A DNA stretch of 64,000 nucleotides, taken from contig CM121343.1 of NCBI GenBank assembly GCA_051530055.1, positions 4,558,389-4,622,388 of the forward strand, read 5' to 3'. Shown here piece after piece: positions 23,111 through 35,618 of this stretch (position 1 is the first letter of the stretch; every line of letters begins with the position of its first letter). Under the pieces are notes generated by a model. It was given only the letters and a program-made list of their open reading frames with translations. It was not told where the DNA came from and did not search any database. A program made the position numbers and the translations under genes. This DNA is from Neoechinorhynchus agilis. Lineage: Eukaryota; Animalia; Acanthocephala.

Positions 23111-23848
23111 CATTAACAGCTCAGATAGGGTTTTAGCTAGAGATGATCATTAAAACACCGTCTCTGTCGTACACACCACAATAATGCCTGGGTCCAATCT
23201 CCTAGAAATTTTGTGAGGGCTCCTTGCATGCACGGACCAACATATTAGTAGCTAAATTGATAGATTCTGGAATCGGGACATTTGTGAACACGAACCGAAC
23301 ATTATCAGCTTATTAAATAATTGACCGAATTTTGATTCGGGTTAGCTTCCAAAACAATAAAGAAATCAGATGTGATGCGGGAAAGATACTGACCATGGCA
23401 CCTACTCCTTAGAAACGTTAAAAATTTAGTTTGCAGTATGAACTTTAGCTCTTTTTTTATCGCACTGTCAAAATACATCGTCAATTATTCATGCCCATTT
23501 GCTAACAAATGGTTATTTTGACTGCTGAAAATTGCAGAATGAAAACTCTTCAGTAAATTTCTTCGACCTCGCTCGCTACCTTTTAAGAAACAATTTGTTT
23601 GGAAATCTAAATATTAAACGGCAATAATTAACTGTTCCTTGACGACCACAAAAATGTTTATTTTTCATTTCGAAAATCTACTGCAATTATATCAGTGAGA
23701 AACCACGTGAATCCACCTGTTTTGAATTATAGTTTGCCGACATAACTGATATTCCGAATGTATATTCACGAACTTTCGAGGGTGTTTTAGCCAATCGAAT
23801 TCCTTCTTTCAGTTCTTTTTCATATGATTCGTTGACGTGAATTTTTAG

Positions 23849-26646
23849 ATGACAATTCATAGGCTTGATACACTTTCGACTGTAAAGCTAGCAACTGGCC
23901 AGGTAATTCAAGGTATAACAAGTGCCGCTAAAGAATTAGTGGAAAACAGTTTAGATGCTGGAGCCAAGATGATAGGTATTTACAGATCAATATTTCACTC
24001 GCCGGAAAGTTTTCTCACCATAGATATTCGTTTCGTAAATTGTGGAATTGACAATATATCAGTTTCCGATGATGGATTGGGTTTGAATCGCTCTGATCTT
24101 GAAGTTTTAGGTGCGCAGATATTTGTCATTATTTAGAAGTTATTTTTTAGTTAAAGGTCAGCAACATTTCACATCTAAAATTGTACAGTACGATGATTTG
24201 AAAAATCTGTCAACATTTGGCTTTCGTGGTTCAGCTCTTCACGCCCTTGCAGAACTAAGCCGTGAGATTTCAGTTTGTTCAAAAGCGCCAGGTTTGCCAA
24301 ACGAGGAGCAAGGATGGAAGTTGACAATAAAATCTGGCGAGAGGACATTGGAACCCATTACACGAAAGGTATGAATATGTGTGACAAATGCCGAATATAA
24401 AAGTAAATGATATTTTTAGCAAGGTACAACGGTCAATGTCGAAGATTTATTTAGTGCCATTCCAGTTCGCCGAAAAATATTAATTAAGAACGCTAAACGA
24501 CAAATGAATGAGTTCTTAACCATCGCTCAAGCTTACGCCATAGAAAATTTCGGAAAATGTAAACCATCAGTGATGCAGGGGTTTTCATTCCATTCATTGA
24601 TAGTTAAGATTTTCAGTTTCAAATGAATCTTCTGTGAGCATAAACGCATTAAGAACACAAAGAAATAAGCGAGGAGTCGTATCCTTGTTAAACTCAACTG
24701 TGACGGACCAAGGCCAAAGTCACGACCTTTTATCTGCTGTTTATACAGTACTTTTGTTGCGTCAAATTAGTAAGGTTGATATTTTGCATTTCAAAGATAA
24801 TAATTCAGAAGGAATCGAAATCGAAGGAATTTTATCACTTACGAACGTTCCCAATCTTAAATTACCAAAATCGAAATTCTTAACCATCAATGGCCGGCTC
24901 GTTACTTGTGACCGCTTGATGAAAATAGTTAATAAAGTGTACAAAATGGAATATGCGATCGCCACTCCTAATAGTCAATTGATATTTATTAGGCTAAAAA
25001 TGCCTCAATGTCATTTGGATGTAAATTTGGATCCGGACAAGCAGTCTGTGCTGATTAAAAATGAAGCTAATATATTATCAATGGTTGAAGAGGCACTCAG
25101 AAAGTCTCTAAGGATGCGATTATCGAAAGTTGTTTTGACGCCTTCGCTGGATGTATCCACTTATACTCAATCAAATATTTCAGGACTTGGTGAAAGAGCA
25201 GGAGAAAAGTGCCAACAATCTATTGCTCCTCGGGAAGGACGAAATTTTTTATCTCGTTCACGCACTTCAGAACAAAGCATTTGTTCAAATAATTTCAGAA
25301 ATTCTTTTAGCGGTGAGAACAATCAAATATTCAGCAGACAGTCTAATAGTAAAAATATGGAACAGTCGCCTATCAGTTCGCCATCAAAAATGCCTGCTCA
25401 TTTGACTCGATTCTCTGATTTTCAGGATTTAATGGAACCGACTGCATCGATGAGTTCTGCAACTCAGGAAAGCATGAACAGCAGTGATCTTAATGATTAT
25501 CTTTGATGCAGCATGTGCACTCACATCCATCATAACAGCTCTGTAATAATTATGACCTGCAATATTATCCCCATTACTTCACAGAATTGAGAGAACTTAG
25601 TTATATTTTTACTAAAAACCCTTATCGGGATTTAATCAGGTGCCATTCTACTATCTTTGTATTCCGGGCTCATGTTCGATCATGATTCTTATTACCATCT
25701 ATATTGTCTGGTATAAACGCCTTCATTTCAACATCTTTTCGTCCCGTGAGCTACTTTATAAGCAAGATAATCTAACAAAAATGAGGCTAGTTCACGATGT
25801 CAGTTCCCCCGGATTCCGAAAAAACGATCTTACTGCTCCACAACTGATGATATTCATGCTCTACGTATCAGCGCTGATTTTGACTTCGGGGATACTGAAG
25901 CCATATTTAAGGAGAAGCGTGATTTAGTGACAAATATTAGTGGTCAGCGATCGTTTGAACATCATTTATCGCAGGAGAATTCAGAGACCGAAAAGGAGTT
26001 TGATGAAATACTATCCAAAGAGTCATTTGCCAAGATGGTAATAATTGGTCAATTCAACCGTGGATTTATCCTTACTCGCATCAACAAAGACCTGTTTATT
26101 ATCGATCAACATGCAGCCGATGAGTGTTATCGATACCAGAAACTGATCACATCATTTGGAATTGGATCTGATAATGAGAAAAATTTGACGAAACGGTACA
26201 TACAGAAGCTTATAAATCCAATAAAGTTGGATTTAACTGCTACAGCCGAAGCCACTTTCATGCTTTACTCTGAGGAATTTCAAAAATTGGGTTTTCGAAC
26301 TAGTATTGATCTTACTAAGCCAATAGGCATTCGGGTATGCCTAGAAGCGGTACCATGCGTTTCAGGGTTCCATTTCGCTGTAGATGATCTTCTTGAGTTA
26401 ATTTGCAACGCACGTGAGATGGGTTTACCCGATGAATTTAAATCCGAATTACAAAAGCGCGAAGCAATGGTATGTTCTTCAATGGTCAAGCTTTTTGCTT
26501 CAAAGGCTTGTAGGTCTTCTTTTATGATCGGAACAGTTCTTAATCTTAATCAGATGAAGAGAATCATAGTACAATTATCCGAAACCGATAAGCCATGGCA
26601 GTGTGCTCATGGTCGACCTACACTAAGACATTTAATGAAGTTCTAA
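23849..26646 (+). CDS. PMS2: MutL-family mismatch repair endonuclease PMS2, multi-exon
   Basis: AAKELVENSLDAGA, VSDDGLG, FTSK..STFGFRGSAL, DVNLDPDK, IIGQFNRGFI..LFIIDQHAADE, ASKACRSS.MIG..L, PWQCAHGRPTLRHL; 40-50 nt GT-AG introns; exon structure of 25500-25800 unresolved. Confidence 0.95.
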
Positions 26647-27961
26647 TGCTGTGCAAACTACAAACGAATGTGAATACGTGTTTAAAGACATTTACGCTCA
26701 AGGAACGATCTTAAAGCAAACATTTTCTCTGGTTTACCTTTTTATTGATACTTTAAATACTAACTAATGTCTTTTTTAAGTTCGTCGAATTTAATCTTTT
26801 TAGCTAAATATCCAATATTAATTTCTCTATCTATATATTCGCTTGCAATTTAGCCTTCAGGATCATTGCCGACCTTTCCGATACTTCTTAAAGTGCGCAC
26901 TAAGCACGGATTTTTATAATCCTTCTCTCGCAATCACACCTCAGACTACTGCATAGGACAGAGTATACGAGTTACCAAATCTTATCCTTCACAGATTATA
27001 CGAAAAGCTATGTGCATTCCATAGCTTCGCTGGGCAAACGTTCATTTAAGCACTCGTTGTACAAAAATAAAATTATAGTCGAAATTGTCGCTAAAAATGT
27101 GCTTTAAATACTGATTTTAAAACTTAGGAAAAAACTTGCCAAAAGCATCTTTGGTTTGAAAAATATTTTCTAAGAATGCTTTCATAAGCAGCCATTGTCG
27201 AATTTTTGTGACATGATCATCAGAGATTCTTTTTCAATTTAGAGCTTGAGATTTTGTAAATGACATTACTTGGTATTTCGGATTTCCCATGTGATTGCCC
27301 TTGCAGATCACAAAAAATTGACACTTTCTCAAAGTTCATCTACTCTTTTTCAGATTTCCGCGTGTGTGTGTGCACAAAAAATCGCTTAGGAATCAAAACG
27401 GATAGAAGAGCGATTGTTAACTTTACACTTAATCGTTTGAGCATATTTCGTCCTAATTTTACGGACATTGGCCTCGAGGCCTTTCCTAAATCCATAAAAA
27501 CCAGCTAATGCGATCAGTTGCAATAGTTTATCGCTTTTCCGCTTAATCTCGCCGCTTGTCCTTCGTCAGTCATGCGGATTATTGGTTTATGTAATCTAGG
27601 ATTGCTTCAGTAAACGTAATGGAAATTGGGCTGTACAAACCGATCGTCGCGATAAGATTGCAGACATTTAAAAAAGTTTTATGGGTTTCTTGGCCTTAAA
27701 AGGCTTTAGCAATAAGTATTTTTTGCCCGCGTTATAATATCCAACTTTTCCAATTTTTGAGCACATATCACTCGTAACACACCAGACGATTATTGAGATC
27801 GTCTCGCCTGTCATTAAGTTTGGCAAGTCAGTAGAAAATGATAGGTAGCAAATGCAGCTACTAAAAATTCCACTTCAATTCCCTCAATGCCTCGTATTAT
27901 TGATGTGGGAGTCTAGATAACATCTATTTATTTATATTTACTCAAATGGATTCTCCTCCAT

Positions 27962-28288
27962 TCATCCACGAAGGCAAACATAATAAAACAGCACTAGCAC
28001 TAGACTGGTCGATAGAACCACAATTGAAGCTATAACGTCCGGTGTTTTGTACAATGGTACTTCTCGTTTCCTCAAGTGAGATCGATAGATGATTAATTTT
28101 GGATTATTAGTCGTTTCCACCACACTTTCCTGTGTTGTTTCATTTGCAATAACATTCTCGACTTCCTCTTGACTGGATTTAGTTTCATTTGAAGAGAGAA
28201 CAACCATTTCAATTGTGGTTGCATTCACTGAGATGCATCGTGCATCATTGATTGCAATAGCTAAAATACCTATAATCACCCACAGCAT
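27962..28288 (-). CDS. Small orphan type I membrane glycoprotein
   Basis: Signal-like N-terminus, Thr/Glu/Asn-rich stalk with NAT and NET sequons, RKR basic site, C-terminal hydrophobic helix (IASIVVLSTSLVLVLFYYVC). Confidence 0.65.
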   Translation of the reverse strand: MLWVIIGILAIAINDARCISVNATTIEMVVLSSNETKSSQEEVENVIANETTQESVVETTNNPKLIIYRSHLRKREVPLYKTPDVIASIVVLSTSLVLVLFYYVCLRG

Positions 28289-28954
28289 TTTGGGATCTTG
28301 TGTACGGCAGGCGCAATAAGGAAGGAAACAAACGTAGAAATATGGTACCAGCCGGCTACGTGAGTGAATGTATTGTACCGTTGCAAGCGTACGTATATGT
28401 GTGTGTGTATATACTAATCGAATTGGACGAGTCAGAGTGAGTATGTGCGGGGAAGGGGTAGCGAGCTCGAATTCCGCTTTTTATCACGTGAATGACATCT
28501 CCAATCACGGGCCTATAGACCCTCCGTTGATTGATAACTGCCTTATTGTTATTCCATCATTTCTTAAGAGCTATTGGCGTGCTATTTTAAATGGGTTTTT
28601 TAACATGTAGCGATTCTAATAAGGATGTAACGGATGCAAAAAAACCGCAATTTCTCAAAATGCTACTTTTGTTCAAACCTTAAGACTTTCATGAAATCGA
28701 TCCATATCATTAGTTATACCATTTCTCCGCAATACTTCTAACAAAAAAGAAGAGGAAAGTATAAGAATGTAGTCGAACACACACACACACAATCAATGCG
28801 AACTTTCGAATCGTATCATTGTTGACAGAACAGAGCAGCAGCAGCAGCAGCAGCAATCATTTTACATGTAGAAGAAGAAGTAGAATGGCCAATAATCCGA
28901 TATAATATGACGTTAAAGTTTATTGGAAAGGATAACACTCGTATCATCTGAACA

Positions 28955-29299
28955 TTAGTAGAACTCTGTGCTTGGAAAGTATTCGATTGAGTTAACTTGG
29001 CCTTGATTGTGTTTTTTGTACTTGGAATCGAATTTCCCTGCATGTTTGGCAGCCTTGTAGAGGGTATAAGCTCCGGCACCAAGTAGAGCTCCGCCTAGTG
29101 CGATTTTTTTCTTGCTGACTCCTTTCTTTTTCCCGACGGCTCCACCGACTGGTTTGTTTTTTTTCCCGAAGAATGGTAAGGATCGTGATTGTCGGCTGAG
29201 TTGGTAGTTGTGTCCATCATGGGTTTTTTGAAGATGTAAAGGTGAAACGATCGTGTACATGACAAGTAAATTGATGATCATCCAAGCGAATAGTTGCAT
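28955..29299 (-). CDS. Secreted cationic peptide precursor A (orphan)
   Basis: Signal peptide, RQSR furin-type site, Lys-rich mature part with IALGGALLGAGAYTLY; paralogous to 29834-30154. Confidence 0.8.
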   Translation of the reverse strand: MQLFAWMIINLLVMYTIVSPLHLQKTHDGHNYQLSRQSRSLPFFGKKNKPVGGAVGKKKGVSKKKIALGGALLGAGAYTLYKAAKHAGKFDSKYKKHNQGQVNSIEYFPSTEFY

Positions 29300-29833
29300 A
29301 TTTGGGTTGTGATCGAAAAAGGGACGATTAGTGTGTGAGAGAGAGTTAGAACCCCCCCCCCTCCGGATGATTTATGCGCGCGCGTGAGTCCGCGCTTCAT
29401 CGATGCCGTAATCGCGCAGCAGCAGCAGCAGCGGGGCATATATTTATGCGGTGTCGTGTGTGGATGATAAATAGTGCGCATCTTAGCGAACGAAAGATCT
29501 GCGCGTTAACCAATAGCAGCGGATGATGATGATGGATGTCCTTGTTTGTATTCACGAATCGGCTCACCTAAGCGCCACATAAACACTCACACCGCTCGCG
29601 CGCACGCCCAATCGTTCTAGAAAACGGTGAAGGTGGTGGTGGTGGTGGTTACAAAAAGTGCGCTTTGTGTGCCCCACCACCACCACCACCACCGCCGCCG
29701 CCGTTACGGCAAATGTTTGCCATCATAATCACGAGCGAAATACACACTATTTCCGACTCTTCCCTAACGCTTATATTTAATCACACATTCTTAAGAGAAC
29801 TGACAGCCGTGAGCAACAACAACAACAACAACC

Positions 29834-30154
29834 ATGCGATCGAATAATTTGATTGTGATTGTATTGGCCATTTGCGTTCTTACAGAAACATTGGCCATTG
29901 AACGCATTCTGATAGGCGGCGGCGGCGGATTCAACGATCAATCAGGAATACCCCAAACCACACTGCTAAGACATCCACGATTTCTATTCAAGAAAAAGAA
30001 CAAAGCTTATGACCCATACAAAAAAAAGAAGCTCAGTAAGACGAAAATGGCTGCAGGAGCTGCATTGACTGCCGTCGGTGGAACTATGCTATACAACCAC
30101 ATGAAAAGTAGAAAAAAACAAAAGGATAAATACCCAAAACCATATTTAAATTAG
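29834..30154 (+). CDS. Secreted cationic peptide precursor B (orphan)
   Basis: Signal peptide, RHPR furin-type site, mature part FLFKKKNK..KKKKLSKTKMAAGAALTAVGGTMLY; paralogous to 28955-29299. Confidence 0.8.
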   Translation: MRSNNLIVIVLAICVLTETLAIERILIGGGGGFNDQSGIPQTTLLRHPRFLFKKKNKAYDPYKKKKLSKTKMAAGAALTAVGGTMLYNHMKSRKKQKDKYPKPYLN

Positions 30155-30446
30155 AAGGCACTCTTAACTGAGTACAAGAGAAAAGATGTGCATTTACCTT
30201 ATTATAGGATCCAGTCATGAGGTCAATAAATTGAGCGCTGTGATCTTATCATCGCATCTTGATTTAATCACTTCTGCGGACTGCCCGTGTGGTAAATCAA
30301 TATTGTTTCAGCAGGGAATTTCCTTTACCGAAATATATTTTGCTTCTCAATCGGGGATTGCGGGTTCGTGACTATATTTCCATCGAACTACATTCCTTTT
30401 GTTTAAATAAAACAGCATTTTTGTACAAAACAAATTATTTTCTTTG

Positions 30447-30573
30447 TTTTGTCACGCGCCCGGGGTTTTTTAAATTCACTAATTTATTTCAGCGATTTTT
30501 CGCGGATAAACCAATGGGTGAAATATCGGGCAAATAAATTAGTGAATAAGAAAACCCCGGGCGCGTGGCAAAA
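30447..30573. mobile_element. MITE-like foldback, family also at ~8140-8215 and 44841-44942
   Basis: TTTTGTCACGCGCCCGGGGTTTT..ATTCACTAATTTATTT versus its near-exact reverse complement; shared TTTTGCCAC..TTCACTAATTTATTT motif with the other copies. Confidence 0.8.
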
Positions 30574-31627
30574 CTAAAGGAAAGTTTCTTTTCCCCCGAA
30601 GATAATAATCGAAGACAATAAGAGGATATATAAGTACGGTACCGAAGAGGCATATGAAATAAGCAAAATTGCATCAATAAAATAATCGAACGTTATTTGC
30701 ACTCAAATAACGCTTTCAATAACAAGTGAATATCTCATCACTACAGTTTTTATTTGTCAAAACATGCACTCGTAAAAATCCTCCAAATGTAAGGCGAAAT
30801 TTTCCCGAGAAAATGGAGTATTAACCTTTTAATTCCATCAAAACAAAAGCTAATTCAGTTGCCGCAGCGACGAGTGCAATTTAATTCAAGCAGTCTTAGT
30901 GTTGTTGATATATCACGCATGCATGAATAATTTAAAATATTGCTTATGGACTCGTCGTGCTGCACGATTTCATATAATATTTAAATGATTTGACAGTTCT
31001 TAATTGGTTAAGTGCCAAATTATGAACTTTATTCCACGTGACTCGATTGACAGGTCTCGTTATTACCTCGTGTGAGACGATGCTTCTCTATGATAAATGA
31101 TCCGAAGTAAATTCTCGTCTTTTAAGACAATTTTCTTAAATAGCATTCGGAATAACAAACAATTTTTAGCTCCAATCGCGCTAGTTGAAAGTTTGTAGGA
31201 GCATTCACAATGCTGTGTTGACTGTGCCTGACTATCGTTTGGGGAATGGGGAGGGGGAATCGAGTCCGTGGATTTCTGCACTGCCCGTCTTGGCGCATTT
31301 GCATGTGGCAAGGATTGAGCAGGTCAAGAATAAGCGTAGTGCTTAAGCGAGATCAAAGGAGCGGTTATTTACTTTAGTACCAATCGACGTTATGTGTAAA
31401 GCGTTAAATCATGTACCGAAATCATCAGGAGAAAATAATTCGAGATGACAGAACTGATAATGTGGTGATCATAATTTCGGATAGAAAACATATTGAAATA
31501 TTTCGCGAGGAAGTTATGGCGGTCCCGCGTACACGAACCACCATAAATCACAAAATATTAAAAATTTTTTTTTGAAAGATCAAATAAATGTATTCAATCA
31601 ATCTTCATTTCTCGACAATTAACACAC

Positions 31628-32176
31628 TCACCACCTCCCGCCGAATTCCAGCTTTTGTCCTTCCTCGACCGTCGCCATCACGCTGGCAGCATTGCCCCGT
31701 TTACTGCTAGCGAGATATTTTGTCGAAGGAATACGCCTGCTCTTGAGTCTCCGGTTGCCTCTCTCAATTTCTTCGAGAGATCCTGGAGCAGAGAGAGTGC
31801 CGAGCTGCCGAGCGCTCCATACGTCTCTACCCCAAAGGGGACAAAATAGTGAGCCCTCGATAAGTGAAGATATTTCCGTATTTTCCTCCCTTCCGCTGCA
31901 CTGGCGGCACCGCCGGCGATTTCGAGGGAGTAGGGGATGTTGCTGGCTGCGAGGGTATCCACACACGTGGCGTCCCAGAGAAGGCATTTGCCCTCCCGCC
32001 ACGGGAAGACCGAAATTCCATCGGGCCTACGGCCGTCTAGTCTACAGAGGTGGGCGGGTTCCAGGATGTTCGGGAAGTTCGCCGTTCTCAACGCCCGAGA
32101 AATTGCGTTATTGATTTCAGAATGGCGTGAGAACCTTCCTGCTGACCTTCTGCAGACGAGACCGTGTCGCCCGAAT
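31628..32176 (-). mobile_element. 5'-truncated CRE-type non-LTR retrotransposon (restriction-like endonuclease domain)
   Basis: EP.HLCRLDGRRPDGISVFPWREGKCLLWDATCVDTLA..AEGRKIRKY..FVPFGVETYG (PD..D..K RLE pattern); 32070-32175 identical to 60552-60650. Confidence 0.9.
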
Positions 32177-32189
32177 GTGTTTTGTATTC

Positions 32190-32432
32190 GTGATTATTTT
32201 TATTTATCTTTAATCGCGTATACTAAGGGTGTTACGACATGTCTTTGGGAGCCTCTCGGCTAACTCACACACTTCGAAGGCGCTCAACCGCACTCGAAGG
32301 GCCGGGGCCTTTGTGCGATCTCAAACCTAACCTTTACCCTTCCAGCAGCCTCGTGACTCCCCCCCCGTGGAACCCAGCGACATATCGAGCGCATTTTGAA
32401 CGCGCTTATGCCACTCGGCCACTAAGATCACC
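32190..32432 (-). mobile_element. tRNA-derived SINE copy 2 (B-box region deleted)
   Basis: Reverse complement: AGTGGCCGAGTGGCATAAGCGCGTTCAAAATGCGCTCGATATGTCG-CTGGGTTCCACGG..GGCTCCCAAAGACAT..GATAAATAAA. Confidence 0.8.
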
Positions 32433-32553
32433 TTTTGCCGAAATATTCCTCGCATAGAGATACTTAAATGAACTTTTCCCAAAGTATACAAACGATTTTT
32501 GTGCAAAGTGTTTTTCCCACTGTTTATCCATCAAACGAACGTCAATGCACACC

Positions 32554-35500
32554 TTATTTATAATTACAAATTAAAGTGACAAGTATTACTCCGGCTAACA
32601 TGGATAATATCACGTAGATCATGAAACCGGCATGGAACAAGAGTATTCGCATGATCAATGTCAACGGAAACGAGCCATGAGATAGAACTATTTGGGGTAT
32701 TATTGTCGCACATATTGGCACCGTGAGCGTCATGGCAACCGGTAAAAGGACGGTCTTTAGATACCGGAATGAATGTGTGGCTCCAGGCCGACGGCGGAGC
32801 GAGATGTTTACGGGTAACACTAACAAGTCCGTGAGCAGAACTATAGGTGATATTGTTAGCAGTGATATGTTCATAAAATTTAATTGCGGCGCTGTCAGTT
32901 GTTGGCACAAAAGATACCCGATGCAGATTGCTGGAATTGGAGCAAAGAACAGAAAAGACAGTACTTTAAAGCTAACATTCCAATACCGTTTAGATGTTTG
33001 CTTTGTTAAAGTAGATGAACTGCATAGACTCACAGCGACAGTTATGACGAGAACAGCGACGAAAATCGGTAAAGTTGATGCGAAAACCAAGTGGGCGGAT
33101 GTGGTCAACTCCAATATTGAAAAAACAATACTGTATGGAAATATTCGAGATTTTATCTTTAAGACGAAACCACGAGATAAAATCACGCGTGTCTAATGAC
33201 AGTGATTCAAACTGTTTAGATAAGTCTTCAGCAATCTGATAGGTGCCATGCATCGTAGCGATTTCGCTTAATGAAAAATCCATTGTTCGATATGTGCAGT
33301 ACGCTCTGGACTGTTTTACAATAACCGGTGTTCCTTTGGCCGAACGTTCCACTTTAATATCGTTTTTTATAAGTCCGAGGCCAGTACTTTCACCCGTCAA
33401 TAGACCAGTAAGATCCTTTATATCACCTACCAAAGTAGGCCATTGTACCTGGAATCGACTACTAGTCGATGGCAATTTCTGGCATTGACTTAAAGCCATC
33501 GTAAAATACTGCTTTATCAATGTATGATTATTCATCTTGGGTTCCTTTATAATCATCATAATAGGCGCTCCCGATATAAATTCATCTTCAAAATCTTTAA
33601 GGAATGTGTGATAATATGAATCTTTCGCCGGAATTAACTCTGAACGCTTGAAACCTATCCGGTATAATGTCATTGCCCAAATCACGACACCAATAAGAAC
33701 GATTGTCATTATGGTACAAATGGTCACAATTCCGTACATCACGTACCGATATGATTTGCGACTCATATTTAAACGCATATTCCAATACGAAGCACTGATC
33801 GTTTTGATCGATTGCTCAAACATGAGCCGGCTCGAATAATGGCATAGAAGTTTTGCCTCAATGACATACCAATGAACCACGTTTAATGCAATTGCAATGC
33901 CTACAAAGAACACATTTAAAAAGGTGGAACACTAAAAGATGACCTGCCAAGTAGTAAGCATGAACATTGTACAAATCTGGAATCCGTGAGTATACCAACA
34001 ACAGCAAATGTCGTGATTTGGATCATAGACGAAATGGAGATTGTCGACATCATCCTGTGCGGAGCTTGAACCGATTCTCCAGCCACTTCACTGCGTCGGT
34101 CGTGATTATATTCCAACTCAGCTGTAACCAGATTCCATCTCAACAGAGACTGAACTTAAAACGGAAAAATATATAAGGATCACTTTTTTTACATGAAAGT
34201 TACGCTAATTCGTTGTACGAATAACAAAACTTTAAAGGTTGAACTTGGCTAGTTTAACCACATGTACAGAAGTTGTTCATTTATATGTTCTTTGGTGATT
34301 ATAAAAATAGAGACTGTTTTATTATTTTCGTCCGTTTCGTCGAACTTCTTCAGCAGGTTGCATAGTCCGACGAAGCAGACGAAATACCGAAAATAATAAA
34401 ACAGTCTCTATTTTTATAATCACCAAAGAACACATTATATGTGATATAGACTTTATAATTTTAGAAATAAACAATCGAACGCCAAAGTGAACTGGATAGA
34501 CTGATACGGTGGCACTTGGTCATGCGATTACGAAGTTTCATTTTGATTGGGAATATCACATCGTTATTAACTACGATTATGACGGTAAAGAGACAAGCGA
34601 CCATGCTGATTATTCAATACAAGAGCTACTTACCTACTTGAATCAGTAGACATGGAATTGCGATGGGTACAATTTGATATCCCATCATCGATAAAACTCC
34701 AAGTGTTGTTGCAATCGATATCAATGAAGAGCCAATGTTTGCAAGTGCCAGGACGAAATTGCGCATTTTTAAGGATGCGAATAATGAATTGATGATTGCA
34801 CTCAGCGCAATGAATCCAAAAAAGGATGCAGCGAATAGAGGAACATCCATTACGAAATACTTAACAAATTCATCTTGCAACGACGATGTGGCTCCAAACG
34901 ATACGTCCAAAAATGTATGATTCCATGTAAGTAATTGTGCAATGATTCCACGTTCCCATTTTTCGCTTAATTTGCCGCGTTCTCGAACGCTTTGAAGATT
35001 ATATCTAAACCTTAGGGCATTTAGTTCTGTTATCGTATCATATAATGTGTAGATATCTTTTCCAAGCATATATGGTCCATAACCCGATCCACCTCTTGCA
35101 TGACTATAAATCTGTGATGCTTGGTATCGAAGGTCAGTGTTAATAACATCGCTTAGAAAATCCTCATCGAACAGATAGTCACCTTCAATAACGCAACGGC
35201 CGAATTGCTTCACACAAACATTGTCCAATACCAAAATTCCATTGTTGTCAGCTATCGGAGAATTGGCTATCTTTTGATGGATCGTTCGCAATTCACGTAT
35301 CGATTCGCCGGACAATAACGATGCATTTCCCTTTGGTTTCACGATCACCTCCAAGCCATACCTCAACTTTGTTCCTTGGAGTAAATTAAGGTCATCACTT
35401 TGACCAAATATTTCATCAATTAGGAGCATGTTTTCTTTGGCTGTACTACCAATCGTAAAAGCATCGAGCGATAGGTCAAAATCAAGATTTACTAGTGTTG

Positions 35501-35618
35501 CCCAGCATATGATGTGCATCAAGCAGTAAAGACTTATTATAACCTTCGGACAGCGGAGAAGATTACCCATCGACTTACGATCTTTGGTTGTTGCTTCGCC
35601 TTCATTATTCACATTCAT
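32554..35618 (-). CDS. Patched-domain-containing (PTCHD3/Ptr-like, sterol-sensing RND) membrane protein, multi-exon
   Basis: N-terminal TM, luminal loop with CVKQFGRC and LRFRYNL, SSD-type helices (SIATTLGVL..PFL..GIAL, KTISASY..SI.TF.VG), second luminal loop and C-terminal TM cluster; ATG at 35618 inferred. Confidence 0.8.
34271..34435. mobile_element. Foldback element (45-bp perfect arms) in an intron of the Patched-domain gene
   Basis: 34286-34330 complementary to 34388-34432; termini TGTTCTTTGGTGA/TCACCAAAGAACA and core CTTCTTCAGCAGGTTGC shared with 46315-46494. Confidence 0.88.

Noticed and set aside
15665-30154. Functional link between TENT5 and the secreted peptide cluster
   Set aside because: About 11 kb and three unrelated housekeeping genes apart; proximity alone is not evidence in a eukaryote.
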